From: Polyangiaceae bacterium | GTDB taxonomy: Bacteria > Myxococcota_A > Polyangia > Polyangiales > Polyangiaceae | DNA length: 64,000 nucleotides | Assembly (NCBI GenBank): GCA_044376115.1 | Contig: JBILLK010000011.1 | Location: forward strand, 64,001-128,000 | Reading direction: 5' to 3' | Shown: positions 29,167 through 37,328 of the stretch, in pieces | Layout: the number at the start of each line of letters is the position of its first letter | Numbering within the stretch: position 1 is the stretch's first letter | The notes under the pieces: generated by a model | Seen by the model: the letters and a program-made list of their open reading frames with translations, nothing else | Told to the model about the DNA's origin: nothing | Databases searched by the model: none | Made by a program: the position numbers and the translations under genes

Positions 29167-30606
29167 CTAGGCTGGTCTCTTGGCAAGCCCGTCGAGCACG
29201 CGCGGGTTGGTATCCTTCGCCAGCTCAGCGAGCACTGCCTGCGGCGTCGCTCGGTTCTTGGCTACCGCGCGGCGAATGGTGGGACTCTTGTCTCCCGCTA
29301 GCTTGGTCAGCAAAGACGGCGGCGCGTCCTTACGCGTGGCGGCCGCAAGTCGACTCAACCCGTCGCGTTCGGCAAGCAGCGCAGGCTCCGCGTGCGCCAG
29401 CAACTCTGCGCTCGCAATCGCGACCGCGGCCCGGCGTACACCTCGGCGAGGATGGCTCAATGCGGAGCTTACAGACGAGGTTGAGCAGGCAGGGTTTTGC
29501 AGGGCCGCGATGGCGACTGCTGGTACCGCGTCCAGCACCAAACGCGCGAGCTCCTCGGGCGCGGTGGTGGCACGCTTGGCGATCTGTTCACGAACGCGAT
29601 AGTCCGAATCTGCTGCAAGCAAGCCGCACTCTTCGCTCGTGAGATCGCTCAGAGAGGCAAGCGCCATGCGTGCCGTGAGTTCTCGCCGTACGAGTGAGCT
29701 GCGGATCGCTTGTGGTAGCTGCGCCGTACGAGCCGACACCCGGATCGCCGCGCGGACCACCGCATCTCTCGCCTCTCCAGCCGTGGGTTCCAAGTCCAGC
29801 AAGGGAGGGGTTGCTGCTTTGGGCCAAGCTGGATGCGTCAACAGCACCTCTACGGCTTGTGAACATGACTCCACATCAACGAATAGGCCGCGTTCGCCGG
29901 CGCTACACAGATAGCGCATGAGGATCGCTTGAAGTTGCGGTTCGCTCAGCTGAGGCTGCTTCGCTAATCCGGCCAGAACCTGCAGGTTCTCCTGGGGATT
30001 TCCTGGCGTGAGCGCCCCTCGCAGCAGCTCAGCGAGCTTCTCTTTCGAAGTATGCGCGTAGTGGGCGTGAAAGAAGGTTCCCAGCTCGGCGAAGGGCTCT
30101 GGCCTCAGAGGTTCTGCTGGTGAAAGCGCCTCGGCCAATAGCAAAAGTGCGGGACCGTTAGCCTCCCGTTCAGCGCGGCCCTCGTGGACCGCCCGTGCAA
30201 TGCGAAAGGCGGCTCGCTCCACCCCCGTTCGACGAATCGTGGGGCCAACCGCGGCGTGCAGCTCCAGCTCTGTCCATGGTCGGTCCTTGGTCCAAGCGTA
30301 GAGCTCAGGAGGTGCCCCGTGTACCAAGAAGGCAATCACCGAATGGATAGGAAACTTGGCAAACGCGCTCGCGCCGCCGAGTGAGGCCAGCCCAACCGCA
30401 GGGTGGGCCAAAACCTCTTTGGGGACCGCGGTGGCTATGTTTAATAAGACCCTTAATGGTGTATTGGTGTGGGCGGCAATTTTCGCCAAGAGCTCGCGAT
30501 GCTGTGGGTAGTCCTTGGCGAGCGCTGTCAGCCGTTTCTCATTGGTCTGAGCGTTACCGGCGTCCGAGATCGCCTTCAGCAAAACCTTGTCGGTTGCGTC
30601 CGTCAT
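29167..30606 (-). CDS. Leucine-rich-variant (LRV)/HEAT-like repeat protein
   Basis: IAAHTNTPLRVL; repeats LAADSDYRVREQIA, LAGDKSPTIRRAVAKNRATPQAVLAELAKD. Confidence 0.8.
   Translation of the reverse strand: MTDATDKVLLKAISDAGNAQTNEKRLTALAKDYPQHRELLAKIAAHTNTPLRVLLNIATAVPKEVLAHPAVGLASLGGASAFAKFPIHSVIAFLVHGAPPELYAWTKDRPWTELELHAAVGPTIRRTGVERAAFRIARAVHEGRAEREANGPALLLLAEALSPAEPLRPEPFAELGTFFHAHYAHTSKEKLAELLRGALTPGNPQENLQVLAGLAKQPQLSEPQLQAILMRYLCSAGERGLFVDVESCSQAVEVLLTHPAWPKAATPPLLDLEPTAGEARDAVVRAAIRVSARTAQLPQAIRSSLVRRELTARMALASLSDLTSEECGLLAADSDYRVREQIAKRATTAPEELARLVLDAVPAVAIAALQNPACSTSSVSSALSHPRRGVRRAAVAIASAELLAHAEPALLAERDGLSRLAAATRKDAPPSLLTKLAGDKSPTIRRAVAKNRATPQAVLAELAKDTNPRVLDGLAKRPA
30239..30282. 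repeat. 44-bp exact direct repeat, copy 2
   Basis: Identical to 25109-25152; encodes RPWTELELHAAVGPT on the minus strand in both genes. Confidence 0.95.
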
Positions 30607-32585
30607 GGTGATTGCTTCTTTCTGGAGGCGCTCTTCTTCGCAGGAGCCTTCTTCGCCAAGGCTTCGCGAGCGAGGGCTCTAATCTGGAAGTTCTCGTCCT
30701 CGCCCAGTTGCGAAAGTGCAGCGAACGTCGCTCGGCGGCAAGCTGCCACGGCCAATCTCACCTCCGCGTCGGGGTCAGTACAGAGCAACTCCAAGAGCTC
30801 GGGCGGTGTGCTTGCGGCGCGTACGATCTGCAGACGAACCTTGAGGTCTGCGTCTTCTGCGAGCGCCGCTAGCACGGAGCCTGGAAGGTTGCGTTGCCGT
30901 ACCAGCTCACGGCGCGTAGCGGCGATGGGGTCAAGCAGCACCTCCTCCAACTCGAGCGGTACTTCGTCCGACTGCTGACCTGCATCTACAGGCGAAGTCG
31001 CGCGAAGTTTTCCGAGGCTTGCTGCGGCCGCCGTCCGCACCTGTGGCGTGGGGTCAACCGATAGCCGGCCGAGGATCTCTGCACCTGCAGCGAGGTTGCC
31101 CGCCACAGCGCCGCGTACATAACCGTTCGGGTCTCGCGATAGCGTTTCCAGCGTATCCACCGGTGTTGCCGGGTTGGCGCCAACAAACTGCCTCACGCTT
31201 GGCGCCGAGTCCGCGGCAAAACGAACGAGCTTGCTCGGATCCTGCGTGTGCCTGGTGACAGTCTCGCGCAGTTCCAAGCGCAGCGACGCATCGAGCTTAC
31301 TCAGCTCGGCGTCTGTCGAATGGCTTGCGCCGGCGAGCGCTAACAGCCGTACGAGCTCGACCGGATCTTGCAGCAAGCGTTCGCGCAGGAAGTCGGGCAG
31401 ATCCCCGCGGCGCACGAGCCTCTGGCGCACCACGTCAGCGCCGTCTCGACTGAGAGCCTCCATCAAGGCTTCGCTGAGCTGTACGTGGCCAGCAACCGAA
31501 CAACGAACGTCGACCCGTTCTGAACTCGCCAATCGAGTTAGCACCTGTGGAGGCGTCTTCGGATTCCGCGCGAGATCGAGCGCTACCTCCTCGCGCGCAT
31601 TCGGGCTGAAGGTCGTTTGCCAGAGCGCGCCCAGCTCATCACTCGAGAGTCGACCATTCTTGGCAAGTGCCACGCGCACTTTCTCCGACGGATCTGCGAG
31701 CATGAGGGCTATGTCGCTTGCCGAGGCGGCGGCCCGCGCGGCCGCCGCGCGCACCTCGGAGTGGGCGTCCCTGATACCAAGGTCTGTCAGCCGACCATCC
31801 CGTTGCAGTAGCTTCAACTTGGTCTCGATCCGACAATTGGGAAAAATCTCTCGCGCGACTGCCGTGGTAAGCGTCGGCGGGCTACCACCAAGCGGCTGCG
31901 ACGCATTCACCAACACCTTCGCGAGGGCGACCGGATCCTTGGCCGAACTCAGACCACCAAGCAGCGTCGCGCGCGCGGACTGCGAGAGCCTAGGTCCTAT
32001 TGCGGCGAGCGCCTGTGCGACCCGCGCCACCGGTACCCCCGATTGTTCGGAGAAGCAGACCGCTAAGTGGCTTTGGTGAGCCTCGAGGAGTGCAAGCGTC
32101 TGCTCGAACTCGGACTCAATCAGATCGCAGATGAGCGGCTGAAGAAAACTCGCCGGCATGGGCCACCACAAGGAGAGAAGTCGGCGGGTGGCCTCGAGCG
32201 CTGTGGGCTCTCGCGCGATGGTGCGCTTTGCCGCCTCATCCAAGCTGGTCCTGACCGTGGCTCGAACATGCCCCTTAGACTGTAGGATAGCGTCCAGCTG
32301 CTCCACGCTCGCGGTTGGCCAGAAGGAATATTGCGCAACGATCAAGTCCTGCCAGAAGGGATCGAAGGAGTGCCGCAGGGCCGAGCTCACAACGCTAGCC
32401 TGCAGCATCGTCGCCGGCGGAAAGTCCGCAGGGTCCTCGGGAATCGCGTCCTGCAACGCAAGCGGTCCAGTGGCGTGGACCCATGGAACCTCGAGCCATT
32501 GTTCGCGCGCAAGCCGCCTTAAGACGAAGCGCGCCAGGCCGCATTCGCTAGGCCGTACAAGGTGGTAAGTCTCAGAGTTGCCCAT
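30603..32585 (-). CDS. LRV/HEAT-like repeat protein
   Basis: Many ~24-aa units: LADPSEKVRVALAKN, LARNPKTPPQVL, LSRDPNGYVRGAVAGN, LAEDADLKVRL; ATGA-coupled to the next gene. Confidence 0.82.
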   Translation of the reverse strand: MGNSETYHLVRPSECGLARFVLRRLAREQWLEVPWVHATGPLALQDAIPEDPADFPPATMLQASVVSSALRHSFDPFWQDLIVAQYSFWPTASVEQLDAILQSKGHVRATVRTSLDEAAKRTIAREPTALEATRRLLSLWWPMPASFLQPLICDLIESEFEQTLALLEAHQSHLAVCFSEQSGVPVARVAQALAAIGPRLSQSARATLLGGLSSAKDPVALAKVLVNASQPLGGSPPTLTTAVAREIFPNCRIETKLKLLQRDGRLTDLGIRDAHSEVRAAAARAAASASDIALMLADPSEKVRVALAKNGRLSSDELGALWQTTFSPNAREEVALDLARNPKTPPQVLTRLASSERVDVRCSVAGHVQLSEALMEALSRDGADVVRQRLVRRGDLPDFLRERLLQDPVELVRLLALAGASHSTDAELSKLDASLRLELRETVTRHTQDPSKLVRFAADSAPSVRQFVGANPATPVDTLETLSRDPNGYVRGAVAGNLAAGAEILGRLSVDPTPQVRTAAAASLGKLRATSPVDAGQQSDEVPLELEEVLLDPIAATRRELVRQRNLPGSVLAALAEDADLKVRLQIVRAASTPPELLELLCTDPDAEVRLAVAACRRATFAALSQLGEDENFQIRALAREALAKKAPAKKSASRKKQSP

Positions 32586-32623
32586 CGCGTCGCTCGTTCG
32601 TAACCTATCGTAACTCCCGATGT

Positions 32624-34390
32624 TTAGGCGCGCGGAAGCGCGGCCCGCAAGAGCGTGCCCAACTTTCTCGTGCCAAGATCGGTAGCCGGGGCCCCGTCCT
32701 TTATTGCGACACGCCCGCCAATCAAAACCAACTGCACAGCTTTGTCGTTGCGCCTCACCAGCCGCTTGAGTTCACCAAAGCCATCCATCGGCTGCTCGTG
32801 GATTTCGTCGAGCGACGCGTTGAGCTCCTCCGGCCGCAGAACGACGAGATCCGCCCGGTCTCCCGGTCGGAGCCGGCCCGCATCAATGCGCAGGAAGTCG
32901 GCGAGCTCAGACGTGAGTCGTGCCACAGCGCGGCCGACGCTCATGAACGGGGTCCCGCGGAGCGATTGTTCTCTCACCTCGCGCAACATACGTAGGGGAA
33001 AGTTGTAGTGGGCCATGTTGCGTAGATGGGCGCCCGCGTCACTAAAGCCGATCAGGACCTGGGGATGGTTCATGATCCAACGCAGCCACTCGGGTCGATC
33101 ATTGCCGATGACCGTGTACCAGCGCAGGTCCTCGCCGTACTCCGCAACCAAGTCGAGGAAGGTATCGACTGGGGCCTGTTTGCGCGCTCGCGCGAGCGCC
33201 CCAAAGCTCTTGCCCACGAGGCTATGATCAGGGCAGCCAATGATCGCGGTATCGTCGAGATCCCGATGGTACGCGCGGCCAAATAGTCGACTCGCCCATT
33301 GCGACTTGAAGCTCCGCCTGAACGCCGCGCTGCGAAGTAGAGCCGCTCGCGCGCCTGGATCTTTGAGGTGTAGTGCGGCGGTCCCCGCCGCGATCTCCTC
33401 GAATACGGGGGCCTCCATCCCGTCGACCCAAAGGTCAAACACGTTGGGCAAGGACTGGAAGCGCACGTCAGCACCAAGCCAGCGGGTGATCCGCGAAAGC
33501 AGCCCGACCAAACGAAAGGGCAGGCGCGCAGCTTTGGCGTCCATCATCGTTATCAACATGGTCTTCAGGCCGTGGCGTGTCAGTCCGATCGACTCTAGGT
33601 AAAAGAGTAGAACGTTGAGTTTGGTACTTACGTTGGGAACCCCCTGCAGGATGGCGCCGCGACGCCTAAGAATGCGTGTTAGCCGGCGATACTCCGACCA
33701 CGTTGCAAATACACTGGGCGTCGGGCGACTGCGCAGGTCCTCGTCATCCCCATCCATCTTGTCCCAGGTCAGGGTGTTGATCGATAGGCCGATAAAACCT
33801 TGGTCGAGGGCTTCCTCGAGGCACAGCTCCATCTGGCGCATCTCGTCCAGTGTGGGCCGGGCATCCTTCGTCAGTGCACGGCGCAGCCCCATCGCGCTTG
33901 CCCGAATGGCCGAGTGCCCCAGCAGTACCGCCAAGTTCGGTCCCAGCGCCAAGCTCTCGAGGTGCGCTGCGTATTCAGTCGGACCGTCCCAGTTCTTGAC
34001 GCTTTCGAGTAGCGGTTTGACGGTCGAGCGCGGAATCCCCTCTACGCGACAAAACATGTCTGCCAAGTCGGTCGGGCTGCCTTGAGCCATGGATAGGCCG
34101 CAGCTTCCGATGATGCAGGTTGTGATGCCATGCCGCACCGATTCGCTTAGCGCCGGTCCGACCTCCAACTCGGCGTCGTAGTGTGTATGAAGATCAACGA
34201 AGCCAGGCATCACCCAGCTTCCGCTTGCATCGATAACGGTAGCTGCTTCGGGTGCGGTGGCAGAAGGCGGCAGCAGCGCGCGCACTCGGCCCTGCTCGAT
34301 CAACACGTCCCGCGGCTCCCCGTCTGCTCCGGAGCCGTCAAACACAGTCCCCCCGCGCAGGATTAGTAGCGGTTGTGCATCGTCGGACAT
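32624..34390 (-). CDS. N-acyl-D-amino-acid deacylase family amidohydrolase
   Basis: ILRGGTVFDGSG, PGFVDLHTHYD, HGITT, GFSDAGAHL, GRLRPGDRADLVV; ATG 34390. Confidence 0.9.
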   Translation of the reverse strand: MSDDAQPLLILRGGTVFDGSGADGEPRDVLIEQGRVRALLPPSATAPEAATVIDASGSWVMPGFVDLHTHYDAELEVGPALSESVRHGITTCIIGSCGLSMAQGSPTDLADMFCRVEGIPRSTVKPLLESVKNWDGPTEYAAHLESLALGPNLAVLLGHSAIRASAMGLRRALTKDARPTLDEMRQMELCLEEALDQGFIGLSINTLTWDKMDGDDEDLRSRPTPSVFATWSEYRRLTRILRRRGAILQGVPNVSTKLNVLLFYLESIGLTRHGLKTMLITMMDAKAARLPFRLVGLLSRITRWLGADVRFQSLPNVFDLWVDGMEAPVFEEIAAGTAALHLKDPGARAALLRSAAFRRSFKSQWASRLFGRAYHRDLDDTAIIGCPDHSLVGKSFGALARARKQAPVDTFLDLVAEYGEDLRWYTVIGNDRPEWLRWIMNHPQVLIGFSDAGAHLRNMAHYNFPLRMLREVREQSLRGTPFMSVGRAVARLTSELADFLRIDAGRLRPGDRADLVVLRPEELNASLDEIHEQPMDGFGELKRLVRRNDKAVQLVLIGGRVAIKDGAPATDLGTRKLGTLLRAALPRA

Positions 34391-34439
34391 GGACCGAACA
34401 GTAGCGCGGATTCGCTGTGCTAGCTGGACAGGAAGTCGC

Positions 34440-36290
34440 TCAGGCTCCTCCGCCTCCCTTGTAGGCGAGCTGCCTCCAGGTAGAGCGAAGGACGGCCGCC
34501 ACCTCGCTGGGATGGCTGACGTGCACGGCGTGCCCTCCGCCATCGATCGTCGACGTCTTCCACTGGGGGGCGTGAGTCAGTGGTTCCAGCGAGCCGTGAA
34601 TCAGCTGGACGGGGCAGGTGAGCTCAGCCGAACTGCTCAGAAGGGCTGCACGGTTTGATGCTCTTGAATGGCGCGCTAGTTGATTGGCGGCGCGGCACGC
34701 GACGCCGGCTCGCCGGAGGTCATACGCAGCACTCTCCAGAGTCTCGCGAATTTCCGGCGTGATCGCGATTCCGTCTGGCAGGAGTCGCCGCGCGAGCTGC
34801 TCTACCTTACTGTGCCGCAGGACGTGAGCGACCGCTGGCTCGAGCTGTACGAAGCTGGAGGCTGGCTTCAGGAAGAAGGTCGGCGCGATCAGCACCAGCG
34901 CCGAGACCCGCTCCGGGTAAGCCCGTGCGAAGCGTACCGCCCTCGCCGCTCCGAGCGAGTGTCCGACGAGCACCACAGGCCGTGTGCGCGACTCCAAGAG
35001 CCGCAGCAGCCATCGCTCCTCGACTTCGCCTTCAAGGTCAGCCGCGGAGCGACCGAGCCCTGGCAGGTCAACTCGAAGGCTCGGGACCTCCAAGCGGTTA
35101 GCGATGGGCCTGAACGCGTCGCCGTTCCATGGTAGCCCATGAAGAAAGACGAACTCGGCCTGCTCGGGATCGCCAACGACGAACGTGCCGCGCAAATGCC
35201 TGCCTCGGTCCGCGAGGGGCGCGGCACCGAAACGTGTGGATACAAGCTCGTCGCACCAACGGGTGAGACTCTGGCCCAGGTTGGGTAGGGCGAGCCCGGC
35301 CGCCGCCGCATGCGCCTCGCCGCTGATGGTGTCGTAGCGATCCTCGCTTAGGAACCCAAGCGCCTCACGTTGCAGCCCCGTAAGTGCGGCCGGCAAGTGG
35401 CGCACGAGCGACAGGGGTAGCAAGCGTTTGGGCGCAGGGACCCCCAGGTGCTCAGCGAGATTGGCGATGAGCGTTGGGAGTTCGGGGGTGGTTTGATCGA
35501 GCACGGTGAGCTCAGCGCCGAGGGTCTCGTCACGTGCGGGCACAGTAGCCAGCATCGCTGCCAAGTAGTCCACCGTCACCACCGGGACGAAGGTCTTGAC
35601 GGTCCCAACCAGGGCGGGAAGTCGGCCTTGCCAAAGCCGCTCCACCGTCTCACCCAGTCCTACGACCTGGATGGTCTGTCCGCTGCGAGAGTCACCGATC
35701 ACGCCGCTCGGGTGCACGACCGTCCAAGGCAGCTCATGGCGCGCCGCGAACGAACGAAATGCGGCGTACGATTCGTACTTGGAAGCCTCATAGGCGCCAT
35801 GGTCGCGGTACAAGGCGCGCCGCTCGTCCGACCTGAGCGGAAAGTGAAGATCCGCTAGCGCCTTGGGCGGCTTGGTCATCCGATAGCCACCCAAATAGAC
35901 AAACCTCCGGAGTCGCTTGCGTGTCCGGGCCCACTCGAGGAGGTGCAGTGTGCCATCAACGTTGGCGGCGCGAGCCTCCACCGCCGTCATCCCAAACTCA
36001 AAGCGCGCAGCTAGGTGGTAAACGTCGCCCACTTCTGAGTGAGCGGACTGGTCGAGTCCAAGATCGGGCCTTTGAACATCGCCATCCTCAAGGTGCAATA
36101 GCTCATCCTTGCCGCCTAGCGCGCTGACCATGGCCCGCAGCTCACGCTCACGGCGTTTGGCGTTACGCACCAAAGCGATCGTGTGCTGCCCGTTCCTGGT
36201 GAGCGCCGCCAGAAGCCAGCGCCCGATGAATCCCGTCCCCCCAGTGACTAGCGCAAGAACACCAACGTTCAATCCTTCAGAAGCCGTCAT
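34440..36290 (-). CDS. Extended SDR (thioester-reductase-like) fused to alpha/beta hydrolase
   Basis: VTGGTGFIG, YHLAA, YEASK, PSGVIGDSRSG; C-terminal FLHG, DLPGLG, GHSLG, GGGH. Confidence 0.85.
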   Translation of the reverse strand: MTASEGLNVGVLALVTGGTGFIGRWLLAALTRNGQHTIALVRNAKRRERELRAMVSALGGKDELLHLEDGDVQRPDLGLDQSAHSEVGDVYHLAARFEFGMTAVEARAANVDGTLHLLEWARTRKRLRRFVYLGGYRMTKPPKALADLHFPLRSDERRALYRDHGAYEASKYESYAAFRSFAARHELPWTVVHPSGVIGDSRSGQTIQVVGLGETVERLWQGRLPALVGTVKTFVPVVTVDYLAAMLATVPARDETLGAELTVLDQTTPELPTLIANLAEHLGVPAPKRLLPLSLVRHLPAALTGLQREALGFLSEDRYDTISGEAHAAAAGLALPNLGQSLTRWCDELVSTRFGAAPLADRGRHLRGTFVVGDPEQAEFVFLHGLPWNGDAFRPIANRLEVPSLRVDLPGLGRSAADLEGEVEERWLLRLLESRTRPVVLVGHSLGAARAVRFARAYPERVSALVLIAPTFFLKPASSFVQLEPAVAHVLRHSKVEQLARRLLPDGIAITPEIRETLESAAYDLRRAGVACRAANQLARHSRASNRAALLSSSAELTCPVQLIHGSLEPLTHAPQWKTSTIDGGGHAVHVSHPSEVAAVLRSTWRQLAYKGGGGA

Positions 36291-36315
36291 TGCGGCAACA
36301 TGTGCCCGGCCATTC

Positions 36316-36330
36316 ATCAAGAAAAGTGAC
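36316..36330. promoter_or_regulatory. Putative LysR T-N11-A site
   Basis: ATCA-N7-TGAC in the short AT-rich divergent intergenic region between the SDR-hydrolase and lysR. Confidence 0.45.
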
Positions 36331-36347
36331 TATAAGTAATGCTTGGT

Positions 36348-37307
36348 ATGAGTAGAATTGATGTACGGACTATCAATCTGAACCTCCTCCCTGCGTTGGA
36401 GGCCCTCTTGCTCGAGGGGACGGTCAGCGCCGCAGCCCGTAGAGCGCACGTAACCCAGTCGGCGATGAGCCATTCATTGGCCCGACTACGTGAAGCCTTG
36501 GGCGACCCTCTGTTCGTGCAGGTCGGCCGACGGCTCGTTCCGACTGCACGCGCACAGGAGCTCGCGTTGGCGTTACCCCGGGCGCTCGATCAGCTCGGGG
36601 TCGCGGTCAGCGGTGCTCCTCCGTTCGACCCAGCCGTTTCGCGGAGGAGCTTTCGCTTGGCAACGCTCGACTACTTCGAGCTTACGACGCTGACGCGATT
36701 ACTGCACTATCTCGAGCGGCATGCCCCAGGCGTCCGCCTCGAGGTTGAGCGCTTTGCTCCGGCCCACCTTCAGGCGTTGGATAGTGGCGAGGTCGACCTC
36801 GCTCTCGTGGGTACGACGGTGAAGGCTCCTCCGGGCGTGCGCCGAGCGACGCTCTATGAGGACGCGTTTGCGGTCATTCTGCGCAAGAACCATCCTCTTG
36901 GCGCTCGACGAAAGTTGGACCTCGAGACCTTCATCGCCCAGAAGCACGTGCTCGTGAATGTCGAGGGGAGAGGGGAGGGCGCCGTCGACCGTGCGTTGGC
37001 CAGGTTGGGTCGAACACGTGAGGTCGAGCTGCGTGTACCGCATTTCAGCTCAGCATTGCTCGCGGTGGCTGAGAGCAATTGCATTTGTACCATCGCTGCG
37101 AGCGTCGCCGCGCGTGGTCGGGAGCTCTTTGGCCTGCGCGTGGTACCCCCGCCGCTCGAGTTGCCCGCGGCTGGGATCGCGGCGCTATGGTCGCGACGTC
37201 ACGAGGACGACCCGGCCTCGGTTTGGTTTCGCAACTTGTTCTTGGGGGACGTGTTGCGTCTCCAGAAACAGAAAGCGATGTCGCGACCGCCGGCTATCAC
37301 GCCATGA
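36348..37307 (+). CDS. LysR-family transcriptional regulator
   Basis: NLNLLPAL...VSAAARRAHVTQSAMSHSLARLREALGDPLF HTH; substrate-binding domain follows. Confidence 0.95.
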   Translation: MSRIDVRTINLNLLPALEALLLEGTVSAAARRAHVTQSAMSHSLARLREALGDPLFVQVGRRLVPTARAQELALALPRALDQLGVAVSGAPPFDPAVSRRSFRLATLDYFELTTLTRLLHYLERHAPGVRLEVERFAPAHLQALDSGEVDLALVGTTVKAPPGVRRATLYEDAFAVILRKNHPLGARRKLDLETFIAQKHVLVNVEGRGEGAVDRALARLGRTREVELRVPHFSSALLAVAESNCICTIAASVAARGRELFGLRVVPPPLELPAAGIAALWSRRHEDDPASVWFRNLFLGDVLRLQKQKAMSRPPAITP

Positions 37308-37328
37308 GCAAACCTCGGTTGTGATGGC

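Noticed and set aside
25109..30282. 44-bp repeats read as attL/attR of a prophage or integrative element
   Set aside because: No integrase, tRNA or phage gene inside or nearby. Kept as a finding but not called a mobile element.
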